64,000 bases of DNA, taken from assembly GCA_963806225.1 (NCBI GenBank), contig CAWDXG010000001.1, forward strand, positions 1,344,001-1,408,000, read 5' to 3'. The first letter of the stretch is position 1; every line of letters starts with the position of its first letter. A program made the translations under genes and the position numbers. Shown piece after piece: positions 9,779 through 19,468 of the stretch. The DNA comes from an uncultured delta proteobacterium. GTDB lineage: Bacteria; Myxococcota_A; Polyangia; Polyangiales; Polyangiaceae. Below the pieces are notes generated by a model, which worked only from the letters and a program-made list of their open reading frames with translations, was not told the DNA's origin and searched no databases.

Positions 9779-9790
9779 TGACTTTCGTCA
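9779..9790. promoter_or_regulatory. Crp/Fnr-type box
   Basis: TGAC-TTTC-GTCA in the divergent ywiC/nosZ intergenic region. Confidence 0.5.
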
Positions 9791-10010
9791 CCGCGTTCAC
9801 GCGGGACGCGCTCCAGACTGCCGCTGATGAGCTCCCCGCGACCGATTCCGTATGGGACCCGGGCCGCGCGCTGCCCGGGCGATTTGCGCGGATATTGCGC
9901 CGGCCTTCTGGCGCCCGGCGAATCGTGCGCACAAGAGACGGCATGGATCCGCTTTTCTCCAGGCTGTCAAGACCCGGAATCCGCGTGGGTCGTGGAATCA
10001 TTGGAGTCCG

Positions 10011-10024
10011 GTGACATAGGTCAC
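10011..10024. promoter_or_regulatory. Crp/Fnr-type box upstream of nosZ
   Basis: Perfect GTGAC-ATAG-GTCAC, about 210 nt upstream of nosZ. Confidence 0.6.
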
Positions 10025-10230
10025 GCGCAAGCCTCGCAGTGGAATACCGCCTGCACGTGCGCCGCGACGAAACCAACCCGGAGGTCCGTGCGCAGCACGT
10101 GGACTCCCCGCATCTGGGGGGTAGACGAGCGGCGAGGGAGGGACGGACCGAAGGGCGATGGGTGCGAGCAGCAGGGTGGCCTGCAAACAGCGGTAGCGCA
10201 GCGCGCTACCGACTACACAGAGGTGTCCAG

Positions 10231-12159
10231 ATGACGAAAACGAAGGACAAAACCGGGGATGTGGACGAGGCGCGCGGGAACAACAGGCGCGAATTCCTGA
10301 CGGCGTCGGTGGCATTGGGTACGGCCGCCGCGCTCACCGCGTGCAACAAGAGCGGTCAGAAAGCTGCCAAGCCAGCGGGTTCGGCGAGCGGCGCCAAGGA
10401 GAAGGCTGGCGTCGGGCACCTCTCCGACGAGGTTCCGCCCGGTCAGCTCGACGACTACTACGGCTTCTGGAGCGGCGGCCAGTCCGGCGAGATCCGGATC
10501 CTGGGAATCCCATCGATGCGCGAGATCAAGCGCATCGCCGTGGTCAACCGCGACTCGGCGACGGGCTGGGGCATCACGGACTTCTCGAAGAAGCTCCTGA
10601 ACGGGATGTCGGCCGGCGACACGCATCACGTGCACCTCTCGTACAAGGACGGCACCTACGATGGCCGCTACGTCTTCGTGAACGACAAGGCGAACGCGCG
10701 GCTGGCTCGCGTCAACATCGAGACGATGGAGTGCGACAAGATCACCGAGATCCCGAACTCGCAGGGGACCCACGGCATCTTCCCGCAGCGGCACAAGACC
10801 GGCTACGTGGTGTGCAACGCCGAGTTCTGCACGCCGCAGCCGAACGACGGCCGCGACCTCGACGACCCGAAGAAGTACTACGGCCTGCACACCGCGATCG
10901 ACGGCGAAACGATGGAAGTGAAGTGGCAGGTGATGGTCGAGAGCAACATGGACCTGGCCGCCACGGACTACAAGGGTCTGTATTCGTTCGCGACCTCCTA
11001 CAACACCGAGCACGGGACCAAGCTCGAGCAGATGATGGCTGCAGACCGTGACTACATGTACGTGTTCAACCTGAAGGAGATCGAAAAGGCCGTCGCTGCC
11101 GGCAAGACCATGACGATCGGCGACTCGAAGGTGCCGGTGGTCGACGCGCGTGGCGCAGCCGGGAAGGACAACCCATACACGCTGCGCGTTCCCGTGCCGA
11201 AGAGCCCGCACGGCGTCAACATCGACCCGACGGGGCGCTATGCCGTCTGCTCGGGCAAGCTCTCGCCGACCACGACGGTGATCGACATCGAGAAGATCGC
11301 CGACGCTTTCGCCGGCAAGATCAAGCCGCGCGACTGCGTGGTGGCCGAGCCGGAAGTCGGGCTCGGTCCGCTGCATACGGCCTTCGACGGGCGCGGCAAC
11401 GCCTACACCTCGATCTTCATCGATTCGGTCGTGACCAAGTGGAACATCGACAAGGCCATCAAGGCCTACAAGCAGCCCAAGGGCGAGAAGAAGATCGATC
11501 CGATCATCCAGAAAATCGATGTGCACTACCAGATCGGTCACACCAACGCGAGCATGAGCGAGACGAAGGAGGCCGACGGCAAGTGGCTGATCGCCCTGTG
11601 CAAGTTCTCCAAGGACCGCTTCCTCAACGTGGGCCCGTTGCATCCGGAGAACGACCAGCTTCTCGACATTTCCGGCGAGAAGATGCGACTCGTGCATGAC
11701 GAGCCCGCGTACTCCGAGCCTCATGACTGCGTCGTGGTCCGGAAGGACCTGATCCACCCGAAGCAGATCCAGCCCCGCACGGCCGAACGCTTCAAGATGT
11801 ACGAACAGTGGGCCAAGGAGGACGGCGTCACCCTGCTCAAGGACAACAAGGTCGTGCGCAAGGGCGACCACCAGGTTCGCGTCTACATCACGAGCATGGC
11901 GCCGAAGTATGGGCTCACCGAGTTCCGTGTGAAGAAGGGCGACACCGTGCAGGTCGTCCAGACCAACATCGACAACGTGGAAGACCTCACGCACGGTTTC
12001 TGCATGAGCCGCCACGACATCATCTTCGTCGTCAATCCGCAGGACACGCAGAGCGCCACGTTCGTCGCCGACAAGCCGGGCATCTACTGGTACTACTGCC
12101 CCTGGTTCTGCCACGCGCTGCACCTGGAGATGCGCGGGCGGATGATCGTCGAGGCCTGA
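10231..12159 (+). CDS. nosZ: Nitrous oxide reductase, clade I-type, predicted Tat lipoprotein
   Basis: NNRREFL Tat motif and LTAC lipobox. Seven CuZ His (DTHH, THG, PHG, GPLH, IGH, EPH). CuA THGF and CPWFCHALHLEM. GAGGTG RBS. Confidence 0.97.
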   Translation: MTKTKDKTGDVDEARGNNRREFLTASVALGTAAALTACNKSGQKAAKPAGSASGAKEKAGVGHLSDEVPPGQLDDYYGFWSGGQSGEIRILGIPSMREIKRIAVVNRDSATGWGITDFSKKLLNGMSAGDTHHVHLSYKDGTYDGRYVFVNDKANARLARVNIETMECDKITEIPNSQGTHGIFPQRHKTGYVVCNAEFCTPQPNDGRDLDDPKKYYGLHTAIDGETMEVKWQVMVESNMDLAATDYKGLYSFATSYNTEHGTKLEQMMAADRDYMYVFNLKEIEKAVAAGKTMTIGDSKVPVVDARGAAGKDNPYTLRVPVPKSPHGVNIDPTGRYAVCSGKLSPTTTVIDIEKIADAFAGKIKPRDCVVAEPEVGLGPLHTAFDGRGNAYTSIFIDSVVTKWNIDKAIKAYKQPKGEKKIDPIIQKIDVHYQIGHTNASMSETKEADGKWLIALCKFSKDRFLNVGPLHPENDQLLDISGEKMRLVHDEPAYSEPHDCVVVRKDLIHPKQIQPRTAERFKMYEQWAKEDGVTLLKDNKVVRKGDHQVRVYITSMAPKYGLTEFRVKKGDTVQVVQTNIDNVEDLTHGFCMSRHDIIFVVNPQDTQSATFVADKPGIYWYYCPWFCHALHLEMRGRMIVEA

Positions 12160-12176
12160 ACCCGATCACCCCAAGC

Positions 12177-12202
12177 GCCCGGAGCGCTTCGGCGCTCCGG
12201 GC
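12177..12202 (+). terminator. Strong GC hairpin with C(UUCG)G tetraloop between nosZ and nosR
   Basis: GCCCGGAGCGC-TTCG-GCGCTCCGGGC, 11-bp perfect stem, weak U tail. Confidence 0.55.
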
Positions 12203-12221
12203 TTCACCCTCCCGTAACGTA

Positions 12222-14342
12222 ATGACACATGTGATCAAGCAAGCGCTGCTGGGGTTCCTGCTCGGCCTCGTGGTTGTGCTGGTCCCGGTGGGTGCGAAGG
12301 CGGCGGAGGGGGGCGTCTACAAGCTGGACTGCAGCAAGCTCGACTGCAAGGGCGTGCTGCCCGGCGCCGTTCGCTTCGACAAACCGAAAACCCAGGCCAA
12401 GTACCGCGTCGGCTACGACGCCGCCGGCAAGCTCGTCGGCTGGGTCGTGCTGTCGACCGACGTGGTCGACGTGAAGGCCTACTCGGGCAAGCCGCTGGTC
12501 ACGCTGGTCGGATTGACTCCGAAGGGCGTGATTAGCGGCGCCAAGGTGATCCACCACAGCGAGCCGATCCTCTTGGTGGGCATTCCGGAGTCGGCGCTGT
12601 TCCATTTCGTCGACTTCTTCAAGGGCAAGTCCGCGACCGCGAAGATCGTCGTCGGCTCCACGGATGAGCCGGACACGATGTCCGTCGACGTGATTTCTGG
12701 CGCCACCGTCACGTCGCTCGCGCAGAATCGCACCATTCTCGACACGGCCCGTACGCTCGGCTCCGCGGTCGGCGTGGTCAAGATGTCCGAGGCCGTCCCC
12801 GGACATTTCATCCGCGAGGACAAGCCCTGGACCTGGGAGCGGATGCTCGACGAGAAGGTGCTCGGGCGCCTGACCGTCACCCAGAAGCAGATGGGCTTGA
12901 CCGGCGAGCAGCCGTTCATCGACATCTACTTCGCGATCGCGGACCCGCCGCAGATCGGCAAGGCGCTGCTCGGCGAGCACGAGTACGAGTGGAAGATGAA
13001 GCAGCTGAAGCCGGGCGAGCACATCTTCGTCGTGCTCGGCAACGGGACCAGCTCCTTCAAGGGCTCGGGTTTCGTGCGCGGCGGCATCTTCGACCGGGTG
13101 CGGCTCGAGCAGGGCCTGCGGAGCGCTACGTTCCACGACCAGGACTTCGAGAACCTGTCTGGGGTCGCCGCCGACGACGCGCCGCACTTCAAGGAGGGCG
13201 CGATCTTCACGCTGCGCAAGGGAAAGCTGGATCTCGGGGCGCCGTTCGACCTGGTGTTCCTCGGCAGCCACTACGACTTCAAGCGCGGCGCGTTCCAGCG
13301 CGACTTCAAGGGCTTCCGCACGACGTTCCGGATTCCGAAGAGCGAGTATGTGCTCGATGGGCCTGATCCGAACGAGGCGCTGTGGGTCCGCGCCTGGCAT
13401 CACAGCCGGGACAAGTCGATCTTCGTCGTCGCGTATCTGCTCTTGATCGCGGCGGTGTTCGCGGGGCGGCGCTGGTCGACCGGCAGCATGAAGCGGCTGC
13501 AGCGTCTACACCTGGTTGCGCTCGTCACGTCGTTCGGTCTGCTGGGAGTGTGGCTGAAGGCACAACCTTCGGTGACCCAGGTGCTGACCTTTGTGGGCTC
13601 CGTGGTGGGCCAGCTTCGTTGGGGGTTGTTCCTGAGCGAGCCGATCATCTTCATCTCGTGGATCTTCATCGCCGTGGTGACCGTGGTGTGGGGCCGCGGC
13701 GTGTTCTGCGGTTGGACCTGTCCCTACGGTGCGCTGAACGAGCTGGTGTTCCGGCTCGGCCGCGTCCTGCATCTGCCCACCTTCGAGCTGCCCGACCGCT
13801 TCCACACGAAGCTCCGCTGGGCGCGCTACGGCGTGCTGGCGCTGCTCGTGGGCACGTTCCTGTATTCGTCCGAGCTCGGCGAGAAGCTCGCGGAGGTCGA
13901 GCCCTTCAAGTCGACGTTCTTCGTGCTGCCGTGGACGCGCCAGGCGGGCTTCTTCGCCTGGTGGGCGCTGCTCATAGGCCTTTCCCTGGTGTGGTACCGG
14001 CCGTTCTGCCGCTACCTGTGCCCGCTCGGCGCCGCACTGGCGCTGCCGAGCAGCCTCCGCGCGTCGGGGCCCTATCGCCGGAACTTCTGTGCGAGCTGCA
14101 AGATCTGCACGTGTGGCTGCGAACCCCGCGCCATCCGCGCCGACGGCATCATCGACTCGCGCGAGTGCCTATCCTGTATGGAGTGCGAGGCCAACTACCG
14201 CGACGAGGAGGTGTGCCCGCCGCTGATCGGCATCGAGCGGCTGACCCGCAAGGCGAAGGAAGAGCGGAGCGCGCACGACGAAGAGCGGCTGCGCAAGTTC
14301 AGGCAGGACGCCGAGGACCGCAAGCGACGGAAGGTGGCGTGA
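12222..14342 (+). CDS. nosR: NosR/NirI-family membrane FMN/Fe-S protein
   Basis: Flavinylation motif DVISGATVTS, CGWTCP and CRYLCP, C-terminal CxxCxxCxxxC and CxxCxxC clusters. Confidence 0.92.
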   Translation: MTHVIKQALLGFLLGLVVVLVPVGAKAAEGGVYKLDCSKLDCKGVLPGAVRFDKPKTQAKYRVGYDAAGKLVGWVVLSTDVVDVKAYSGKPLVTLVGLTPKGVISGAKVIHHSEPILLVGIPESALFHFVDFFKGKSATAKIVVGSTDEPDTMSVDVISGATVTSLAQNRTILDTARTLGSAVGVVKMSEAVPGHFIREDKPWTWERMLDEKVLGRLTVTQKQMGLTGEQPFIDIYFAIADPPQIGKALLGEHEYEWKMKQLKPGEHIFVVLGNGTSSFKGSGFVRGGIFDRVRLEQGLRSATFHDQDFENLSGVAADDAPHFKEGAIFTLRKGKLDLGAPFDLVFLGSHYDFKRGAFQRDFKGFRTTFRIPKSEYVLDGPDPNEALWVRAWHHSRDKSIFVVAYLLLIAAVFAGRRWSTGSMKRLQRLHLVALVTSFGLLGVWLKAQPSVTQVLTFVGSVVGQLRWGLFLSEPIIFISWIFIAVVTVVWGRGVFCGWTCPYGALNELVFRLGRVLHLPTFELPDRFHTKLRWARYGVLALLVGTFLYSSELGEKLAEVEPFKSTFFVLPWTRQAGFFAWWALLIGLSLVWYRPFCRYLCPLGAALALPSSLRASGPYRRNFCASCKICTCGCEPRAIRADGIIDSRECLSCMECEANYRDEEVCPPLIGIERLTRKAKEERSAHDEERLRKFRQDAEDRKRRKVA

Positions 14343-15589
14343 TGGGCTTCCGGTCCGTACTGCTGCTGGTGTCGGGCCTGCTGCTCGCTGCCGTGGCATC
14401 CGGTGCGCCGGCGGCTCCGGCCCCGGACGTGCTCAGGCCTGCGGGCAAGGGATTGCAGGCGGCGATCGATGCAGCGCGCCCGGGCGATGTGATCGAGCTG
14501 CCGCGCGGCACCTGGCACGGACCGATCGTGATCGACAAGGCGCTCACGCTTCGCGGCAAGGGGGGCGTGATCGAGGGAGGCGGCAAGGGCACCGTGATCC
14601 GCGTCGAGGCGGCGCACGTGCTGCTCGACGGCCTGGTAGTCAGGGGCAGCGGCAAGAATCTGAGCGGCCCGGACGCCTGCATCTACCTGACGCCCAAGGC
14701 GACCGGAACGCGCGTGGAGCACAGCCGGCTCTCGGACTGTGGTTTCGGCATCTGGGTGCACGAGACGCCGCGGGCGCGGCTGGTCGAAAACCGCATCGTC
14801 GGGTCTTTCGAGGGCAGCCGCTCCGACCGCGGCAACGGCATCCAGCTGTTCAACGCGCAGCATCTGGTGGTCAGCGGCAACGTCATCACCGGCGGACGCG
14901 ACGGCATCTATGTCTCGGCCACCCAGTACAGCCTGATCGCCAACAACCACATCAAGCGCACGCGCTACGGCGTGCACTACATGTTCGCGTACAACAACAC
15001 GCTCCGCGGCAACGTCAGCAACGACAACTTCGGCGGCTTCGCCCTGATGGAGAGTCATCACATCAAGGCGATCAACAACGTGGCGATGGACAACACGGAG
15101 CACGGCATCCTGTTCCGCGACGTCGAGTACTGCACGATCACCGGCAACCGCATCGAGCACAACGGCCAGGGAATGTTCTTCTTCTCGAGTACGCAGAACA
15201 CCATCGAGAACAATCGCGTGCTCCACAACGATGTGGGTGCAAAGATCTGGGCGGGGAGCCTCCGGAACAAGGTCGAGGGGAACGTGTTCGTGGGCAACCG
15301 GCAGCAGGTGCAGTACGTCGGCAACCAGGATCTCCTGTGGGGGACGGGAGACCGCGGCAATTTCTGGGGCGACTACCTCGGCTGGGACCAGAACGGCGAC
15401 GGAATCGGCGATCGGCCGTACCGCGTGGACAGCTTCACCACGCACCTGCTCGGCAGTTATCCCTCGGCGGCGCTCCTGATGCAGAGCCCCGCGCTCGAGC
15501 TGCTGTCGCATCTCGCGGAAAGGATGCCTATCCTGCGGGTCCCGACCGTGATCGACGAGCGACCGCTAGCCCGGAGGCCCGCGCAATGA
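14342..15589 (+). CDS. nosD: NosD periplasmic maturation protein
   Basis: Beta-helix repeats, RGNGIQL, RDGIY, RYGVHYM, GNFWGDY...DGIGDRPY. ATG overlaps the nosR stop. Confidence 0.95.
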   Translation: MGFRSVLLLVSGLLLAAVASGAPAAPAPDVLRPAGKGLQAAIDAARPGDVIELPRGTWHGPIVIDKALTLRGKGGVIEGGGKGTVIRVEAAHVLLDGLVVRGSGKNLSGPDACIYLTPKATGTRVEHSRLSDCGFGIWVHETPRARLVENRIVGSFEGSRSDRGNGIQLFNAQHLVVSGNVITGGRDGIYVSATQYSLIANNHIKRTRYGVHYMFAYNNTLRGNVSNDNFGGFALMESHHIKAINNVAMDNTEHGILFRDVEYCTITGNRIEHNGQGMFFFSSTQNTIENNRVLHNDVGAKIWAGSLRNKVEGNVFVGNRQQVQYVGNQDLLWGTGDRGNFWGDYLGWDQNGDGIGDRPYRVDSFTTHLLGSYPSAALLMQSPALELLSHLAERMPILRVPTVIDERPLARRPAQ

Positions 15590-16503
15590 AGCGACTTTCT
15601 CTGGGAGGCGTGTCCGTGCGGTTCGGCAAGCTAGCCGCGCTCGACGGCGTCGATCTCGAGGTCGAGGCGGGCGAGGTGCTGGTCTTGGCGGGGCCGAACG
15701 GCGCGGGCAAGTCCACGCTGATCAAGGTGATCCTCGGACTCGTGCGCCCGAACCAGGGACAGCTGTTCGTCGACGGGCACGAACGCCACGTCGACAACGC
15801 CTTCAAGCGGGTGCTCGGCTATCTGCCGGAAGCCGTCGCCTTCGCCGAGAACCTGACCGGAAGGCAGGTGATGCGCTTCTTCGCTTCTGCGCGCGGCGTG
15901 AAGAAGGCGCACGCCGACGAAGTGCTGGAGCGGGTCGGGCTCGCGCATGCGTCCCGGCGGGCGGTTCGCGGCTACTCGCGCGGCATGCGCCAGCGCCTGG
16001 GCCTGGGGCTGGCGATCCTGTCCGACCCGGAGCTGTTGATACTGGACGAGCCGACGGGCGGGCTCGATCAGGAGGGGCTGGACGTGCTCTGGGACGTGCT
16101 CGCCGAGTGGCGGGAAAAGGCGCGCATCGTCGTGATGGCGACGCACGATCTGACGCTGGTGGAACGCCGCGTGGACCGCATCTGCCTGCTCCGTGCTGGC
16201 AGCGTACGGGCGGTGGACACGCCGGCGCGGCTGCGCGAGATGGCCGGTCTGCCCGTCCGGGTCAGCTTCACGCTCTGCGAGGGTTCCGCCCAGGCGGACG
16301 CGCTGGTCGAGCGCGTGCAGCGTTGGGGCGAGGGGCACGAGGTCTCGCGCAGCGACGGCGTTCTCGGCGTCGAAGTCGAACCGAACCGGCTGCTGCCGCT
16401 GCTCGAGCTGCGCTCCGGCTACCCGGAGGCGGTCAGCGCGGTGCGTGTGGAAGAGCCCGGTCTCGACATGGTCTACGAACACCTGCTGGAGGAGGCCAGC
16501 TGA
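15586..16503 (+). CDS. nosF: NosF ABC ATPase
   Basis: GPNGAGKST, YSRGMRQR, LILDEP. ATGA overlap with nosD. Confidence 0.9.
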   Translation: MKRLSLGGVSVRFGKLAALDGVDLEVEAGEVLVLAGPNGAGKSTLIKVILGLVRPNQGQLFVDGHERHVDNAFKRVLGYLPEAVAFAENLTGRQVMRFFASARGVKKAHADEVLERVGLAHASRRAVRGYSRGMRQRLGLGLAILSDPELLILDEPTGGLDQEGLDVLWDVLAEWREKARIVVMATHDLTLVERRVDRICLLRAGSVRAVDTPARLREMAGLPVRVSFTLCEGSAQADALVERVQRWGEGHEVSRSDGVLGVEVEPNRLLPLLELRSGYPEAVSAVRVEEPGLDMVYEHLLEEAS

Positions 16504-17300
16504 TGGGACGCGTCGCGCGGGCACTAGTGGTGCACGAGCTGTTCGAACGCACCCGCGACCGCTGGGTACTGGTGATCAGCGTGCTGTTCGCACTGCTGGC
16601 GTCGGCGGTGAGCCTGTACGGGCGCAGCGCCGGTGCTACCGCGGCGAAGCTGACCGGCCCGAGCCTGGTGACCCTCGTGAGCCTGCTCGTGCCGTTGGTC
16701 GCACTGGTGCTCGGGCACGATGCGGTGGTGGGCGAGCGCGAGCGCAATACGTTGGGGCTTCTGCTCTCGCTGCCCGTGAACAAGCTCGAGGTCGTACTCT
16801 CGAAGTTCCTCGGGCGCCTTCTCGCGCTCGCGGCGGCCATCGCGATCGGGCTCGGGGCGGCGGTGGCCATGGCCGCCGCCGACAACCGTGGCGTGTTGAT
16901 GCAGCTGATGCTGCCGACGCTGCTGCTCGGCGCGGCCTTCCTCTCGCTGGGCGTGCTGATCTCCGCGATGGTCCGGCGGCAGCTCGCTGCGGCGAGCGCC
17001 GTGGTTGCGGTCTGGTTCCTGCTCGTCTTCTTCTACGATCTGGGCCTGCTCGGGCTTCTGGTGCTCACGCAGGGGGGCATCGGGCCGAACACCGTGGCCG
17101 ATCTGGTGATCGCCAACCCGGCCGGCCTGTTCCGCATCGAGATGATGCAGCGCTTCGCCGGGCCGGACGTGCTCTCGAACCTGGGCATGACGGTTTCCCC
17201 GCCCGGTCCTGCGGCCGTCGGTGCGATCTGGGCGGCCTGGATTGTCGTCCCGCTGGCCCTCAGCGGGCTTCTGCTCTCGCGCCAGAAGGTGTCCCGATGA
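16503..17300 (+). CDS. nosY: NosY ABC permease
   Basis: GERERNTLGLLLSLP motif, about 6 TM helices, coupled to nosF. Confidence 0.9.
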   Translation: MGRVARALVVHELFERTRDRWVLVISVLFALLASAVSLYGRSAGATAAKLTGPSLVTLVSLLVPLVALVLGHDAVVGERERNTLGLLLSLPVNKLEVVLSKFLGRLLALAAAIAIGLGAAVAMAAADNRGVLMQLMLPTLLLGAAFLSLGVLISAMVRRQLAAASAVVAVWFLLVFFYDLGLLGLLVLTQGGIGPNTVADLVIANPAGLFRIEMMQRFAGPDVLSNLGMTVSPPGPAAVGAIWAAWIVVPLALSGLLLSRQKVSR

Positions 17301-17845
17301 AGCGATGCTCGCGCCTGCATGCTGTCCTGGCAAGTGGCTGCTTGCTGCTGTTGTTGGGCGGCTCTGCGACTGGCTGTCGGAGCCGCCACGGTGGAACCGC
17401 TCCCGCGGCCCAGGCCTCCGCCGTCCCGTTCGGTGGAGCCGAATGCGGCGCCTGCGGCATGGTCGTCCGCGAGCAGCCGGCGCCGCGCAGCCAGCTCGTC
17501 TATCATGATGGGACCCGCGTCTTCTTCTGCTCCGTGGGCAATCTCGTCCAGTACATGCAGAGCCCGTCGCCCCATGGCTCCGTAGAACGGGTCTACGTGG
17601 AGGTCCTCGACCCCAAGGCGGACCCCCGCCAGCCGAGCAAGGCGCTGCGCCCCTGGGTGGACGCCCATCAGGCCGCCTTCGTGCTGGGCGTGAAGCGCGG
17701 CCACATCATGGGCGAGCCGGTTCTGGCCTACGCCTCCAGGTCGGCTGCCGAGGCCGTGGCGAAGCGCTATGCGGGCCGGCTGGTGACCTGGGAGGCGGTC
17801 CAGAAGGAGCTCGCCCAGGGCGGGCCGGCGATGCCCATGCACTGA
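17297..17845 (+). CDS. nosL: NosL copper chaperone lipoprotein
   Basis: Lipobox ATGC, CGACGM, FFCS and MG motifs, position after nosY. Confidence 0.88.
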   Translation: MKRCSRLHAVLASGCLLLLLGGSATGCRSRHGGTAPAAQASAVPFGGAECGACGMVVREQPAPRSQLVYHDGTRVFFCSVGNLVQYMQSPSPHGSVERVYVEVLDPKADPRQPSKALRPWVDAHQAAFVLGVKRGHIMGEPVLAYASRSAAEAVAKRYAGRLVTWEAVQKELAQGGPAMPMH

Positions 17846-17984
17846 CAATCCGCATGGCGGAAGGCGGCAGGAGCCGCGAGTCTCCCCGCGCCGCACAATG
17901 TGCTATGGCGGGGCGCTGGCCATGATTTTCGGGTGGCCGCGCCTCGCTTCATGGTTTTCCTGCGAATACGGAGGCTGGTTGAAA

Positions 17985-18422
17985 ATGAGTGGAAGGATTC
18001 GAGTGATGGCCCTGGCTGCGATCGCCGCCGGTCTGGTGACCGTGGCTTGCAGCAAGTCCGAGAAGCAGCAGTCCACGGCGACCACCGCTAGCGCGACGCC
18101 CCCCGCTGCGACGACGGCCGCGCCCAAGGCCGACCCCGCCGCGGCGGCGAAAAAGTACTTCACGCAGAATTGCGTGGTGTGCCACGGAGCGGACGGCAAG
18201 GGCGACGGGCCTGGTGCCGCCAACTTGACCCCGAAGCCGCAGAACTACACGGACCCGAAGTGGCAGGACAAGGTCAAGGACGACGAGCTCAAGAAGGCCA
18301 TCGTCCAGGGTGGCGCCTCGGTCGGCAGGAGCCCGATCATGCCTGCTCATCCGGACCTGAAGAAGAAGCCCGAGGTGGTCGACGCGCTGGTCAAGCTGAT
18401 CCGCAGCTTCAAGGGCAAGTGA
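17985..18422 (+). CDS. Monoheme cytochrome c lipoprotein
   Basis: Lipobox TVAC, CVVCH heme motif, distal MPA. Confidence 0.9.
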   Translation: MSGRIRVMALAAIAAGLVTVACSKSEKQQSTATTASATPPAATTAAPKADPAAAAKKYFTQNCVVCHGADGKGDGPGAANLTPKPQNYTDPKWQDKVKDDELKKAIVQGGASVGRSPIMPAHPDLKKKPEVVDALVKLIRSFKGK

Positions 18423-18430
18423 GGTTCCGG

Positions 18431-18475
18431 GCGCAGCTTCTGCGGGTGGCCGGCGGCTACCGGCAGAAGTTGCGC
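18431..18475 (+). terminator. Long hairpin after the cytochrome c gene
   Basis: GCGCAGCTTCTGC ... GCAGAAGTTGCGC outer stem with an inner GGTGGCC/GGCTACC stem. Confidence 0.45.
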
Positions 18476-18552
18476 ATCCCTCGGGCCCGAGTCGTCGGTT
18501 CCGGCGGCCCAGGCGGGCGCTTCGCGCAATCTGATCAGCTTGCGCCCGGGCC

Positions 18553-18564
18553 TGATCAGCGTCA
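18553..18564. promoter_or_regulatory. Crp/Fnr-type box upstream of the Crp/Fnr gene
   Basis: TGAT-CAGC-GTCA, with a weaker TTGAC-GCCC-GTCGT at 18574-18587. Confidence 0.45.
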
Positions 18565-18646
18565 TCTAGAGCGTTGACGCCCGTCGTCCCGGAACGAGAC
18601 ACCCGCGCCGGCGATAGGGAACGCAACTTGCTACGGCGTACGCGAC

Positions 18647-19363
18647 ATGGGTCTACAGCAAATCCTCGAACGAGCCCCCGCCTTTGCCGGCGTGGAGCCG
18701 CAGGTTCTCGAAAAGATGGCAGCCTATGCGTCGACGCGCTCGTTCCGGCGTGGCGAATACGTGTGGCAGGCAGGGGATACGGCGCGCTCCTTCACGGTCA
18801 TCCGCAACGGCCTGATCAAGCTCGTCCGTTCCGGACCACGCGGGCGCTCCGCCATCTGCGGTCTGTTCGGTCCCCCGGAGACGGTGGGCGACGTGGCTGT
18901 GCTCAAGGGCTTGCCGTACCCGAGTGATGCGGCAGTCGCCACAGAGCAGGCGCACGTCATCTGCATCCCGCGGGACGTCGTACTCGAAGGCACGCGCAAG
19001 AGCCCCCAGCTTGGCGTGTCGCTGGCGTGCTCACTGCACAACAAGTTGTCTGCGCTGCACGTCAAGATCGAGGTCCTGAGCGCAGGCTCCGTCGAAGCGC
19101 GGCTCGCGACGCTCCTGCTCAAGCTCTACGATCAGTTCGGCGACGACTTCGAGGACGGCACCTCGACCATCCCCGTGGCCCTGTCGCGCCGCGAGCTGTC
19201 CGATCTCGTTTCCACGTCGTTCGAGACGGCCATCCGCGTGATGACGCGCTGGGAGCGTGAGAAGGTCGTCGACACCGAAGCCCAGGGCTTCACCGTCCAC
19301 GACCTGGCGCAGCTCCGCGAAGTCGCGGGGAACCCGGATCCGGTGGAGTCCCAGGCGAGCTAG
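18647..19363 (+). CDS. Crp/Fnr-family regulator (DNR/NnrR-like, no FNR Cys cluster)
   Basis: cNMP-binding beta-roll and HTH with FETAIR recognition helix. Confidence 0.9.
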   Translation: MGLQQILERAPAFAGVEPQVLEKMAAYASTRSFRRGEYVWQAGDTARSFTVIRNGLIKLVRSGPRGRSAICGLFGPPETVGDVAVLKGLPYPSDAAVATEQAHVICIPRDVVLEGTRKSPQLGVSLACSLHNKLSALHVKIEVLSAGSVEARLATLLLKLYDQFGDDFEDGTSTIPVALSRRELSDLVSTSFETAIRVMTRWEREKVVDTEAQGFTVHDLAQLREVAGNPDPVESQAS

Positions 19364-19468
19364 CCGGGTATTTTCCAGCGCGGCGCCGTGTTCCGGAAAC
19401 ACGGCGGGACCGGGGCCTGTCGATGTCCCGGTTGCATCGGGGGCTCGCGCCTTGCCGCCATCCGCGGC

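Noticed and set aside
10039..10230. Longer nosZ start at 10039, or a riboswitch in the nosZ leader
   Set aside because: The RBS and Tat leader fit ATG 10231. A hairpin exists at 10191-10211, but I recognise no riboswitch consensus.
10231..12159. Clade II (Sec-type) nosZ expected for myxobacteria
   Set aside because: It has a twin-arginine leader, a WFCHALH CuA motif and nosR, and lacks nosB/G/H.
18647..19363. Canonical O2-sensing FNR
   Set aside because: It lacks the N-terminal Cys cluster needed for the [4Fe-4S] centre.
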